Part shown: positions 19,701-28,719 of the stretch, piece by piece
Layout: each line of letters begins with the position of its first letter
How positions within the stretch are numbered: position 1 is the stretch's first letter
Origin: a virus
UHGV virus genome: UHGV-0109393
Length of the DNA stretch: 63,844 nt
Reading direction: 5' to 3' (one strand)
Made by a program: the position numbers and the translations under genes
The notes under the pieces: generated by a model
Databases searched by the model: none
What the model saw: only the letters and a program-made list of their open reading frames with translations
What the model was told of the DNA's origin: nothing

Positions 19701-22700
19701 AATGCTGTGGAAATGGGGCGTCTTGACCTGGCATCTGGCAAACACCGTGACGCGCAGAAGAAGAACAAGATTAAGGACCAGGCCGCAAATACCGGTACAA
19801 CGAAGAAGCAGAATATCCCGTACTTTGAGGATATGAACTTCGATAGCGTAATTGCCGACGAAGGACATAACTACCGCAACTCCTTTAGCGCCGGGCGCGA
19901 AGCGGGGCAACTGGCATATTTGCCTAACCCGGCAGTATCCAAAATGGCCCGCGACATGGCTGTAAAAGCTGCGTACATGATGAAACGCAACAACGGGCGT
20001 GGTGTGGTTATGCTGACGGCAACACCGCTGGTGAACAGCCCGATTGATGCTTTCAACATGCTGTCTACTGTCATTCCGCAGGAAGAGTGGATGCGCATGG
20101 GTATTGTTACGCCGGATGATTTCGTTCGCGTGTTCGGTAAAACAGCCACAGTTCAGGTTCAGAAAATTTCCGGTGAGGTGGAAGAGAAGCAGGGACTGGT
20201 GGGCTTCCAGAACCTGGATGGTCTGCGTGGTATTTTCCATCGCTGGACTACTCTGAAGACTGCTGCGGACGTCGGGGCGACGGTAAAAATCCCTGATATT
20301 GTCGAGAATACCTTGCAGATCCCGATGACAGGAGAGCAAGAGGCCATTTACGAAGAACTTCGTAAGCGTGCACAGGAGTTAAGTAGTAAAGATGCGCTGA
20401 CGGTCGATGAAAACGGGCATATCACAAACGAAAAACCGGATGATTTCATCTTCTCCATCATCCGCGACATGGATAAGGTTGCTATAGATCCTGATCTGTA
20501 TGCCAGTGCGATTACATTCCAGTTCCCCGTTGAGCTTGCAGACAAGGTAAAAGCTATTGCTGATGCCCTGCCAAAAGTAGCTGGCGGTAAAGTGGCAGAT
20601 GATGCAGACGAGGCCGAAGAAGATGGCGCTGGTGGGCTGGTCAGTACGCGTACCAGCAAGGTAGTGAAGACCACCTTTAGCGAACATCCGTCGCATGTTG
20701 AAATACGTGCTGGCATTGAACTGGAAGCTGAAATACTGAAGGCCATTGCGGCTGCCGGTATTGATATGCAGCAGGTATCACACCCCATCCCGCCGAAGTA
20801 TGCCGCGCTGGTCGAAAACCTTCGTGAAGGTCTGAAGAACGGTAAACAAATCGTCTTCATTGATGAAAAAGCCCAGCACCAGAAGCTGCGCCGTATTATT
20901 GCCAGTGCACTGCAAATGCCGGAGCAGGAGATAGGCATTATCAATGCGACGACAGTTAGCCAGGCTGGCGGCGTCAAGCTGAAGAAGGTGAATAAGCCGA
21001 CTGAACCTACGCCAAATAAAAACGGTGAATACAAAGAAGGTGCATGGCAAACCTACTACAGCAAACTTGCCCAATATGAGGATTATCTCTCAGCTAAAAA
21101 TGATGCTGGCCTTGAGGGCATGGAAGGTATTGCCGCCGACTATAACGAAGGTCGCACGCGCATCATAATCTGTAACAAGAAGGCTGAAGTAGGTATTAAC
21201 TTGCACATCGGTACAACCGATATCCACCATCTGACACTACCCTGGACTCCTGCCAGTATCGACCAACGTAATGGGCGCGGCGCTCGGGTAGGCTCACCAC
21301 AAGAAAAGGTCAATGTTCACTACTATTGTGGCAAAGGCACATTTGATGACTTCCGTCTGGATACGCTGAAACGTAAGAAGGACTGGATCAATATGGTGAT
21401 GACCTCAGACATGTCAGAGATCGCCAATGGTGATGCGGATGACGCAGATGAACGCGCCATTATGCTGGCGGCAAATCCGGAAGAACGCCGTGCAATCATG
21501 AGTCGTCAGGCGCAAGAGCGTGAAGAACGTCTGAAACTGAAAGCCCTACGCGAAGCCAATAATGCTCTCGATAACTACCTGAAAGCGGCGAATGCTGCCG
21601 GGAAAGATATCGGCATGATGGAGACAGAACTGAAAAGCGCGATGGAGCAGGTAGAGCATTACCAGCGCAATCTTGACGACCTGATTAAAGCGGGGACGAA
21701 CAGGAACGGGCAGAAATATGTTCTGGAACAGTTGCGAGACTACAGAAAACGTGTGCGGGAGCTACGCTTTGCGATCACCAGAGCTAAAGACGCTGACACC
21801 GTTATGAAACGTTCTCGTGGTGATCTGGAACGTGCGATTAAAGCCGGGGTTCTGGAGCTTGATGCCGATGTATTGCAGAACCCACAGGAGTATGTACGCA
21901 CTGAGAAAAATATCTTGTTGCACAAGGGCAGCCATTATCGCGCGATCATCGATGAGAATCACAATACGACAGCAATTGTTCGTGTTACCGCCATTGATGC
22001 GGAAAGGGGCGGGTGTACGTGCCGCATATCCTGGCTGGATGTGGCTAGTCGTTACTCTCGTTCTCCGGGGACGGCATTATTTTTGCCCTTTAACCTGATA
22101 ATTGAATCGGTAACCTTTGAAGAGGGAGTTGCAGAATCGCGTGAAACAGCTGCACGTGGTGTTCAATGCCACCAGCTATCAACAACACTTACGCGCGATC
22201 AGTTCTATGATGCTATTCGCAATGGGGTAATGAATGTCACTGCCGGGAAGCCTGGTAGAGTATGGGGCGGTGGTTCAGCTATTAAATACTGGGCTTATCG
22301 CACAGATGATGGTCAGATCGCGCTGTCATCGACCTATGATGGCGTGATAGGCCAAAAAATCGGGCGAGCATCGGATATAGCACCTGAGCGATGGATATAT
22401 CCTGATGGCAACGACGAGGCGCTGAAGCGTGAAGTGGCAAAAATACAAGCCAGTGATAACCCGCTGAATGTCGTGGACGGTGAGGGATTCCTCCAGGCAT
22501 TGTATGGATATGATTACATCCAGGGAATGCAGGCATGGGGGTCACAGGCCACGATGGATGATGTTTCCCAGGAGTTTGAAAACTGGATGGCAGGGCGTGG
22601 TTTGTCCGGTCGCTCACTTAATAAAGTTACTTCTGAAGATATTCTTAGCCTGTTCCGTAAACCGTCCGGAGAAGGGCTGGAATCTTTCTGGAAGACCGTG

Positions 22701-23573
22701 GTGGCATACCGTTTATTCCAGGGCAGGATGAAAGCCTTTAGCAACACTGATGACATTGAACGGATGTTTAATCAGGTGAAGGCCGCGAAAATTACGGCGA
22801 AAATTGAGAAAACACGAGCTGCGCTGGTGGCCTGGCGCGATGCATTGTTTGAGCAATATAAATCACTCAGCGATGCCGATGGCTGGTCGGCATTGGAGCA
22901 GCTGGCTAATAATGGTGTCGATGGAGCGAAATTAGCCATTGTTCAGGCCGATAATCCTCTGGATTCGCCAGCAGCGCAGTGGATTAAGGTGGGGGCTGTC
23001 ATCAATGCATTTGATGAAAAACACATTAGTAAGGACGATTTTGCTGATGCTGTTTCTGTTAATCGCCTGGTAGAAATGGCCACCCGTCGCGCCCGTGAGT
23101 TGAAAGACGGCGACTATGTGAATGAGTTGCCGGATGCGCTCAAATCGGCAACGTGGCAGGACTATGTATCGCTGAAAAACGGCGGGGCCACTGAATCAGA
23201 GATCGCGGAAAGGCTTGAGCAGGCTGAAAGCAAAAGAGAAGAGCAGGCGGCAGAGGCTGAAGCCAGAGCTGATGAAGCGGCGAATGATGACTATATCATT
23301 GTGGTTAATGATAAGCCGATTCGCGCTAAGGCGCGTGTTCGCGGGCGCTGGTGGAGCGTCAGCGAAGACGTTGGCGCGGTTTATCTCATTGCCGACCAGC
23401 CAGGTTCCTCGACAATACGGAACGCCAAAGACGCGATTAAGAAGATTGGCGGGCGTTTCTGGAATTTTGAAGCAAACCCGGTTGCTGATGTGAACTTTGA
23501 CCGTCCGGCGTGGATGGTATCTACGCGTTACTCGGTAGATGAACTGCGTAAAATAATCGCCGATGCGGCCTAA
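16734..23573 (+). CDS. darB: DarB-like giant protein: N-terminal N6-adenine methyltransferase fused to a DExH helicase
   Basis: 2279 aa; methyltransferase motifs LEPSAGTGIF and GNVPFG; helicase Walker A GFGTGLGKTT, DEGH box VIADEGHNY, motif VI QRNGRGARVG. Confidence 0.8.
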   Translation: MDKLLHSISEASSLGELIEIVSRLHKLRAVATFGVKKVDGVSIQKTRRAANNAAVELLNSLPPGFDGAKLTDEQRQILAGYTGEGGLTDGEGSQYEYYTPQFMAEGIWDLFADYGIDGGHVLEPSAGTGIFQETKRQGMIMTSAELSPISGRINQLLHPEDDVNIGAFEALAAKDAMYDHAVGNVPFGEGRSGVAGLDPAYANEKNVGNYFVLRTIDKVKPGGLIVLVVPNGMTDGTKYKKLRDKVSRKAEFLGAHRMPSGTFSESGTDTVVDVWVLRKHPETFLEMIPDTDDATLKSANVLWDTFLKGKWFTTEGKRFVYGDMERTSFRNTLVVKKDGRVSNESMKTALSRRFESRINWDLLGVTTQAWQGAKVGDKRLVGGIWHEFDGLKWVKDATTKSSALDVNRYGVTTFGDLQIAFQSTNGILALSWDQISAIASDYPSVISDEVAAMIRFAGKQREKDRERVMRGALIGQLINKALDKRNLGENVDDELADAARLAEAEIAKYGPPHAIKLNGIAEAGAKNWMTFTGNVKQDGSASDLLAGRLDVTDGAAGIDFTRPEQVVTHLFSDVALNPITLDDFREAFAGELPGDDDAALEYLAKFDDIAIDGYGCLLPMDRATSGDIATKTALLVGWRDASTGEQKANFERQLAKIEEKRIFTPLNKVTVNLNARWLDRRLIKEFLAEQGYDEFKYTEPDLKVEDGILVSPDDYEGKDGVFTGYQLRTVNGKNGNEFKKANNKDGFLNQLENYLNGIKPRGQNANEYLDKIAQLEISFNDWLRTHPQADQIARDYNDAFNGFIPFTHSDAPLGLEGISGKRIPLTYQNEEVRRLSEDGRGIMGFGTGLGKTTTALALEAYNFETGRTKRTCIVVPKAVYQNWYHEAQSFYSADAFANMMFIGLDEVRDDSGNILTAPVLDENGEPRLDSNGQPLTRNVVKESASAVIVQRMNMIPSSNWRTVIMTKEQFASIPLREETIEENSQQAVFNAVEMGRLDLASGKHRDAQKKNKIKDQAANTGTTKKQNIPYFEDMNFDSVIADEGHNYRNSFSAGREAGQLAYLPNPAVSKMARDMAVKAAYMMKRNNGRGVVMLTATPLVNSPIDAFNMLSTVIPQEEWMRMGIVTPDDFVRVFGKTATVQVQKISGEVEEKQGLVGFQNLDGLRGIFHRWTTLKTAADVGATVKIPDIVENTLQIPMTGEQEAIYEELRKRAQELSSKDALTVDENGHITNEKPDDFIFSIIRDMDKVAIDPDLYASAITFQFPVELADKVKAIADALPKVAGGKVADDADEAEEDGAGGLVSTRTSKVVKTTFSEHPSHVEIRAGIELEAEILKAIAAAGIDMQQVSHPIPPKYAALVENLREGLKNGKQIVFIDEKAQHQKLRRIIASALQMPEQEIGIINATTVSQAGGVKLKKVNKPTEPTPNKNGEYKEGAWQTYYSKLAQYEDYLSAKNDAGLEGMEGIAADYNEGRTRIIICNKKAEVGINLHIGTTDIHHLTLPWTPASIDQRNGRGARVGSPQEKVNVHYYCGKGTFDDFRLDTLKRKKDWINMVMTSDMSEIANGDADDADERAIMLAANPEERRAIMSRQAQEREERLKLKALREANNALDNYLKAANAAGKDIGMMETELKSAMEQVEHYQRNLDDLIKAGTNRNGQKYVLEQLRDYRKRVRELRFAITRAKDADTVMKRSRGDLERAIKAGVLELDADVLQNPQEYVRTEKNILLHKGSHYRAIIDENHNTTAIVRVTAIDAERGGCTCRISWLDVASRYSRSPGTALFLPFNLIIESVTFEEGVAESRETAARGVQCHQLSTTLTRDQFYDAIRNGVMNVTAGKPGRVWGGGSAIKYWAYRTDDGQIALSSTYDGVIGQKIGRASDIAPERWIYPDGNDEALKREVAKIQASDNPLNVVDGEGFLQALYGYDYIQGMQAWGSQATMDDVSQEFENWMAGRGLSGRSLNKVTSEDILSLFRKPSGEGLESFWKTVVAYRLFQGRMKAFSNTDDIERMFNQVKAAKITAKIEKTRAALVAWRDALFEQYKSLSDADGWSALEQLANNGVDGAKLAIVQADNPLDSPAAQWIKVGAVINAFDEKHISKDDFADAVSVNRLVEMATRRARELKDGDYVNELPDALKSATWQDYVSLKNGGATESEIAERLEQAESKREEQAAEAEARADEAANDDYIIVVNDKPIRAKARVRGRWWSVSEDVGAVYLIADQPGSSTIRNAKDAIKKIGGRFWNFEANPVADVNFDRPAWMVSTRYSVDELRKIIADAA

Positions 23574-23609
23574 CAGATAAGGAGCGGCCCCAACCGGGGC
23601 CGAATTTGA

Positions 23610-24044
23610 ATGACGACACTAATTGACACTGTAAAACCGACGGAATCCTACCTTGAGGAAATCTTGCCGCAGGCACTCAATGGCAGGAGTGAAGAAGAAT
23701 ACCTGACAGTTTATCTTGATGGCATGGTAGAAAGACTGAAGAAAAATCCACAGCTTTATCACCTTTATGGTCCGTGGTGGCCCGCGCTCAAAACGATATT
23801 GCTGGAGCGCGGCGACATATCATTTGGACAAGTTGTAGATAGTGATGTGGCAGAGATCTACAAAATGAGTCGCCCGGCGCTTACGGTTTTGGCTGGGCAT
23901 CTGTATTCGAGCGATCGCCTGGAAAATGACGCGGTATACAATCCCGTTCATGCTCTGGAAGTCGCACCTTATGCTGATGATACAGAGCCATACGTGTACA
24001 CAAGTTACGACGAGTCAATAGAGAAATATCGAATCATGGGGTAG
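23610..24044 (+). CDS. Hypothetical protein
   Basis: 144-aa ORF directly after darB. Confidence 0.4.
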   Translation: MTTLIDTVKPTESYLEEILPQALNGRSEEEYLTVYLDGMVERLKKNPQLYHLYGPWWPALKTILLERGDISFGQVVDSDVAEIYKMSRPALTVLAGHLYSSDRLENDAVYNPVHALEVAPYADDTEPYVYTSYDESIEKYRIMG

Positions 24045-24046
24045 CC

Positions 24047-24307
24047 ATGCGAAAGAATCGTAGGTTTACGGTCGAAGACCTAAAGGAATATTCCATATCG
24101 AAGGGGTATGTCCTTGAGTTTCACCGTTACAAGAAGGTTTTTACGCTGCGAAAAGCAGAAAACCCAGCGAGCTGGAGCTGGGTATACTTCCCTCATACAG
24201 AAGACAAACTGGTAGAGCTTGTTGATGATTTAACCTATGAAGGGTGGTTGATCGCAATCGACAAGACAATCACAGAAATATCCGAACCGGATAAAATAAA
24301 CCTTTAA
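24047..24307 (+). CDS. Hypothetical protein
   Basis: 86-aa ORF, closely spaced after the previous one. Confidence 0.35.
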   Translation: MRKNRRFTVEDLKEYSISKGYVLEFHRYKKVFTLRKAENPASWSWVYFPHTEDKLVELVDDLTYEGWLIAIDKTITEISEPDKINL

Positions 24308-24446
24308 AAATAACAAGTTGGGTAAATGCCATGCGATTTACCCTCCTTGTTGATTAAGGTCACTTTTTACTCTAAAAGCAAATCCGACCTGTTGCATATA
24401 GCCCAGCCTTGAGTAGTATCTCTCTTGTTTTACAAATCTAACGCAG

Positions 24447-24938
24447 TTGTTATTATTTCGCTTATTTACTATCAATGGGTGTGTTAGAAAAATAGCGAGA
24501 AAAAGAAGGCGTCGCAGTGAATATTCTGAAACGTCCCCACATGCCGCAGCTCTCAGAGAACTGGAGAAAAACCCAGATCTAATCAAAAGGAACCATGAGC
24601 ATTACGAGCAGGTACGCGTCCTGGATTGGTTGTATCGCAATATGCGCTATGTGTATGAGCATACACACGCCACTCCAAACGGCGGTCTGCGAGGCATAAG
24701 GACGGCAATAAAAATGGTGGCAGAGGGCCAAAAGAAGGGATATCCCGATCTTTCTATAGACCTTGCTTGTGGGGGATACCACGGAATGCGCATTGAGATG
24801 AAACATGGGAGAAATCGCCTGACTCCCGAACAACTCGTCTGGATGACTCGCCTCACCGAAGCAGGTTACTACTGCTTTGAGGCGCGCAGTGCCGCTGAAG
24901 CCATAAAAGCTATCACGGAATATGTTTGTCTTGATTAA
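24447..24938 (+). CDS. VRR-NUC domain (PD-(D/E)xK) nuclease
   Basis: GYPDLSIDLA...MRIEMKHG matches the VRR-NUC Asp/Glu/Lys catalytic motif. Confidence 0.55.
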   Translation: MLLFRLFTINGCVRKIARKRRRRSEYSETSPHAAALRELEKNPDLIKRNHEHYEQVRVLDWLYRNMRYVYEHTHATPNGGLRGIRTAIKMVAEGQKKGYPDLSIDLACGGYHGMRIEMKHGRNRLTPEQLVWMTRLTEAGYYCFEARSAAEAIKAITEYVCLD

Positions 24939-24952
24939 ACGGAGAAATCGTT

Positions 24953-25153
24953 TTGCGTTTACTTAACGTGGCTGAACTTATCCCTGCTGGTGCTAACGTT
25001 GTTGCTCGCCGTCGTTCCTGGCAGCAACCATTGTGTGTTGAGTTGTTGAAACACAGCAATGGAACAATAGAGGCTCGGAATATTGTCACTGGTGATAAGG
25101 TTCACATTACCCCGGAAAGTACAGGCGCTGATGATTGGGAGTTTGTACATTGA
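24953..25153 (+). CDS. Hypothetical small protein
   Basis: 66-aa ORF. Confidence 0.3.
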   Translation: MRLLNVAELIPAGANVVARRRSWQQPLCVELLKHSNGTIEARNIVTGDKVHITPESTGADDWEFVH

Positions 25154-25449
25154 GCAAAAAATATCATGTGAACCTGGCGTTTGCCGATGACGCCGGGAGG
25201 ACGCGGAGCATTACGCTCAACACTGCCCGCAAGGTGGTAACAGCGCCTTTAATCCGGGAAGCACTCAGGGAGCTGGAAATGGGGGAGAACTCGACCCTTT
25301 TGTCGGTTAGTTGGTTAGGGAAAATGTCAGAGAAGGAATACGTAGACGGAGTTACTCCCATGACAGCCATGAGGCTGCTTTCATTGCTGCAATGGGCTAT
25401 CGTACCGGTATGCATCGTGTATTTTATCTACCAGGCAATGACACAATAA
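25135..25449 (+). CDS. Hypothetical protein with C-terminal hydrophobic segment
   Basis: ORF track start is TTG and the true start is uncertain; followed by a terminator. Confidence 0.3.
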   Translation: MGVCTLSKKYHVNLAFADDAGRTRSITLNTARKVVTAPLIREALRELEMGENSTLLSVSWLGKMSEKEYVDGVTPMTAMRLLSLLQWAIVPVCIVYFIYQAMTQ

Positions 25450-25457
25450 CCGCTCAA

Positions 25458-25482
25458 AAACCCGCCGATTAGCGGGTTTTTT
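25458..25482 (+). terminator. Rho-independent terminator
   Basis: aaaCCCGCcgattaGCGGGttttttg. Confidence 0.7.
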
Positions 25483-25521
25483 GTTTATCACATCTTTCGC
25501 TCTTGTTCTCATACTAATAAA

Positions 25522-25542
25522 ATATGTTAGAAAACTAATTTT
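25522..25542. promoter_or_regulatory. Operator-like site
   Basis: ATATGTTAGAAAACTAATTTT, 10 bp upstream of the ATG at 25553. Confidence 0.5.
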
Positions 25543-25552
25543 GCAAAAAACA

Positions 25553-26773
25553 ATGGGAACTGCAATGAGTCAACAAACTGATACTTCTAATCTGGAAATC
25601 ATCTCAGCCGCGATTGAAACGCTGCGGACACAGATCGCCCTTATTCAAAAGCGGAATCCGGGGGATGACCTGTCCAGACGGTTACATGAGAGCGTCATTG
25701 CCACGACTGATAACCTGGTCGCGGAGATCAACCAGCTACTTGAGGAAGGGACGGTTGATTACAACAAGCTGGTGGATCAGTTTGAGGAATATCAACAAGC
25801 CGTTAATGATGGCTTGATCCGTTTTTCACAAGTCACAGGCGTATCAGCGACAGTTGAAAGTCTTGGCGATGCTGTTAAGCAATTTGCCGCGAGTATGCGT
25901 AGTGAGATCGGCAATCTGGAAGCGCGTCTTGAACAGGCAAACACACTGCGCAAATCCGCAGAAGCCGATTTGAGTCGTTACAAAAAAGACTATCCAGCCA
26001 GCCTGTCAAAACGACTGGATGTTGCGGAGAAGGATAACCGTGCGCTGAAAAGAGAGCGTCGGGAACTAAAAGAGCGTTTAACAGAGCTGAATAAGCAGTG
26101 CATTAAGTATCAAGGCGAAGGTGTCACACTGCGTAAAAAGTTAGCAGCAGCGCAGAACATTATTGAAACGCTGAAACGAGAGTGTTCACAGCTTGGTCAT
26201 GATCTGAACCGCGCTTGTGGTATGGGACAAAGGCCAGAGACATTCCCGCTCATGTATGACGGGGTGGATGCTATTGCCTATATCCATGAGTACCCGCATG
26301 GTCTGGTTGCGGAGACTGGTCAGCGTGGTGAAGCTCTGTTGACGGCTAATTACCATCAACAAATTAGAACCAACCGCCTGCTGACTATGGATGTGATCCC
26401 ATCAGTATGGGGAACGCCGCTTTACTATCGCCTGCCCGGCTTCGAAACGGACTGGAATACCGATATAGACGAATGCCTGGCAGATAAAATTATGGCGTAC
26501 CTGGAGACTGATTTCCCGCGCCTGCATCGCCGGATTATGGACTCTAAGGATGCGCCGATCGATGAATTGAAAATGCGCCCAGAGACGTTGGAAGCTATCA
26601 AACAGACTGCGTTTGATACCGTATTCAGCGTGGCCTGTATCCCAAGTAGTTTTCATGAAAGCATCCCCTTTATGCAGGGCGACCGTCGTCAAGAAATTAT
26701 TGATGCCTGCCGGGTGTGGGCTAACGAATGGGACAAGAAGAATGGGGGCGTAGAAGATCTTTATGGGAAATAA
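25553..26773 (+). CDS. Hypothetical coiled-coil protein
   Basis: 406 aa from the first ATG; single gene bracketed by operator-like sites at 25522 and 26773. Confidence 0.5.
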   Translation: MGTAMSQQTDTSNLEIISAAIETLRTQIALIQKRNPGDDLSRRLHESVIATTDNLVAEINQLLEEGTVDYNKLVDQFEEYQQAVNDGLIRFSQVTGVSATVESLGDAVKQFAASMRSEIGNLEARLEQANTLRKSAEADLSRYKKDYPASLSKRLDVAEKDNRALKRERRELKERLTELNKQCIKYQGEGVTLRKKLAAAQNIIETLKRECSQLGHDLNRACGMGQRPETFPLMYDGVDAIAYIHEYPHGLVAETGQRGEALLTANYHQQIRTNRLLTMDVIPSVWGTPLYYRLPGFETDWNTDIDECLADKIMAYLETDFPRLHRRIMDSKDAPIDELKMRPETLEAIKQTAFDTVFSVACIPSSFHESIPFMQGDRRQEIIDACRVWANEWDKKNGGVEDLYGK

Positions 26774-26792
26774 TATGTTAGAAATCTAATTT
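26773..26792. promoter_or_regulatory. Operator-like site
   Basis: ATATGTTAGAAATCTAATTT. Confidence 0.5.
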
Positions 26793-26928
26793 CATCAAAC
26801 GAACATATTGATTGTGAGAGTAACTTAACTTAGAATTTTCCTTGCTGGTGGAGCGTTGCCACATTTCGCTTGCTGGGCTTGATAGTCACTTATTGGTTGT
26901 TGTTCGCCCACCAGCAAATAACAAATTA

Positions 26929-26945
26929 AAGTGTTAGAAAATTAC
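26929..26945. promoter_or_regulatory. Operator-like site
   Basis: AAGTGTTAGAAAATTAC. Confidence 0.45.
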
Positions 26946-27528
26946 ATGCATACAGGGACTCGCTTTGGCACCGAGCAAGCCAAAGTTCAGCAGGTTTAGT
27001 GCGTAAAGTGGTTTCAGAGAGAGCACTTTACGGAGTAAACAACAAGACATGTTGAGCCACGGAAGGTCTTTTTAAGATGTTCATTGATGATGGTCCGGCA
27101 GAGAGTAACGGGACTCGCCGCATCGAATCATCATCAATGCACATCCTCAACATTAAGGAGGCATAGGGATTTTTTTGTGGCGATTACCTTTTGCCCTAAG
27201 TCTCCTTAATGTTGCGGTAATGCACCTATGCGGATGCGGCCTTGCATTGTGTCTTGAAAGAATGGGGTAAGGCCGGGGATATCCCCAGGGGGAGGCACCC
27301 CCGCTGCAACGAACAGCCACAGACGGCAGTCGAGTGATGGAAACGTGCAAAGACTTTAAACCTCGTTACGGCTGGCGTGGCAAACGCGACAACCGAGACA
27401 GAGCGGTGACGGGCGGAGAGAGTGCCGCATCAAGAAAGAAGCCGACTTGTGATCCCTTTCTGCGGGCATTTGAAAGTGAATCCAGCTCAGGCAGTCGGCT
27501 TCTTTCTTGTGTGAGATGTAGCGTATTT

Positions 27529-27552
27529 GCCCATCTTCGGGTGGGCTTTTTT
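27529..27552 (+). terminator. Rho-independent terminator, possible 3' end of a small RNA
   Basis: GCCCAtcttcgGGTGGGC followed by TTTTTT; preceded by a 16-bp stem (CAAGAAAGAAGCCGAC / GTCGGCTTCTTTCTTG). Confidence 0.6.
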
Positions 27553-28012
27553 AGGGTTTTCGTCATGGTTAGCGACTTTGCGGCGGTTTAGAACCCGACC
27601 ATTAAAGTAAATGCAAACGATGATCTGATGATGGTAGCGGCCTAAGAAGCCTGACGCCACGGGGTATGAGTCGTCCCCCGTCAAAAAATCGACCGCAGAG
27701 TGTCCCCGTCTGTGTATTAGGGAACGGGGAGGCATAACAGGCAAGGGCGCTGGTGTGATTAACCAGATGAATGAGAAGGGTCAGGTCTTTCTGGTCAGCG
27801 CCCTTACCTGTTACGTCCCTCCCGCGTAACAGCCATTGATTAATGGCTTTCTGGGATAACATCCTACTACGGGTATATCCCGTCATGCTGAAGGCGCTAA
27901 TCACGCTGGAAGCCAGGGTTGTGCATCCCCTGTTACCGAATTGCAGCCAGGGCGCGGTGCGCCGAAAAGCATACGGAGGTGGAAGCCCTCGCCGGAGACG
28001 TACCCGGCAAGT

Positions 28013-28089
28013 GATGGTGTAGCTCAGTAGGATAGAGCAGCAGCCTTCTAAGCTGTCGGTCGGTGGTTCGAATCCACCCACCATCGCCA
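28013..28089 (+). tRNA. tRNA-Arg (anticodon TCT)
   Basis: Hand-folded cloverleaf: acceptor GATGGTG/CACCATC, D-arm GCTC..GAGC, anticodon loop CTTCTAA, T-loop TTCGAAT, encoded CCA; resembles E. coli argU. Confidence 0.85.
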
Positions 28090-28091
28090 AT

Positions 28092-28167
28092 GCCGGTTTA
28101 GCTCAGTTGGTAGAGCGCCTGCCTTGTAAGCAGGATGTCAGCGGTTCGAGTCCGTTAACCGGCACCA
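28092..28167 (+). tRNA. tRNA-Thr (anticodon TGT)
   Basis: Acceptor GCCGGTT/AACCGGC, anticodon loop CTTGTAA, T-loop TTCGAGT, encoded CCA. Confidence 0.85.
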
Positions 28168-28168
28168 A

Positions 28169-28255
28169 CACAACAGGTAAGGGTATTTTGCGACGTCGGA
28201 GATCGCCGTGCTTGGCAGAGGGTTCGAATCCCTACGAAGTACCCTTACCGTTGTG
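28169..28255 (+). other. tRNA-like hairpin element B (pseudo-tRNA or structured RNA)
   Basis: 16-bp stem (CACAACAGGTAAGGGTA / TACCCTTACCGTTGTG, one mismatch) enclosing a T-arm-like AGGGTTCGAATCCCT; cannot be folded into a canonical cloverleaf. Confidence 0.4.
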
Positions 28256-28632
28256 ATGAAGTGCAGCTCTTTGAAGCAACCAGAAGATAAGCATCTGGCT
28301 TCACAACATAAACCGCAGGAACGACCAATAAACGGTAGTCCGTATGGAGAATACCCCGTTGAGGAAGAGGCCTGGCCGGAACCGTAACCGGCACTACAAC
28401 GTTGAGAACACTGACGTAACGGGGTCATATCCCAATCTACGAATAAATGTTGCGTTGCAGCGTGACAACCAGTGTTCTCAACGTTGTGGTGGATTCGCAG
28501 ACTGATGCGATAGCTTTCTTGGATGTTAGGGAAATGCGGCCGCAAACCTTCCCTTTCGCGAGCGGTGATCGTCCGTAGTCCTAATTGGCTGCACCGTATG
28601 CCGGAGATTCAGTACCGGCCACCACAACGGCC

Positions 28633-28719
28633 GGAGAGTAGGGAGCATGGTGCTCAAGCGGTCTTGAAAACCGTCCCATTGCGCAAGCGATGATGGTTCG
28701 ATTCCATTACTCTCCGCCA
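28633..28719 (+). tRNA. tRNA-Ser (anticodon TGA), long variable arm
   Basis: 87 nt; acceptor GGAGAGT/ACTCTCC; anticodon arm GCGGTCTTGAAAACCGT nearly identical to E. coli tRNA-Ser(UGA) as recalled; T-loop TTCGATT, CCA. D-arm fold uncertain by hand. Confidence 0.6.

Noticed and set aside
17038-21074. Multiple minus-strand ORFs inside the DarB-like gene (e.g. 18056..18625, 19683..20339, 20348..21034)
   Set aside because: Fully embedded antisense in a 6.8-kb ORF with clear helicase and methyltransferase motifs; no independent support.
27602-28545. ORFs of 162 aa (27602..28090, minus) and 135 aa (28138..28545, minus) in the ORF track
   Set aside because: They overlap the tRNA-Arg and tRNA-Thr genes on the opposite strand and have no RBS or sensible composition; treated as spurious.
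28169-28719. Group I intron interrupting a tRNA
   Set aside because: The flanking tRNAs (Thr, Ser) fold as complete genes and element B lacks a full exon structure; no intron ORF. A structured RNA is still possible but an intron is not supported.
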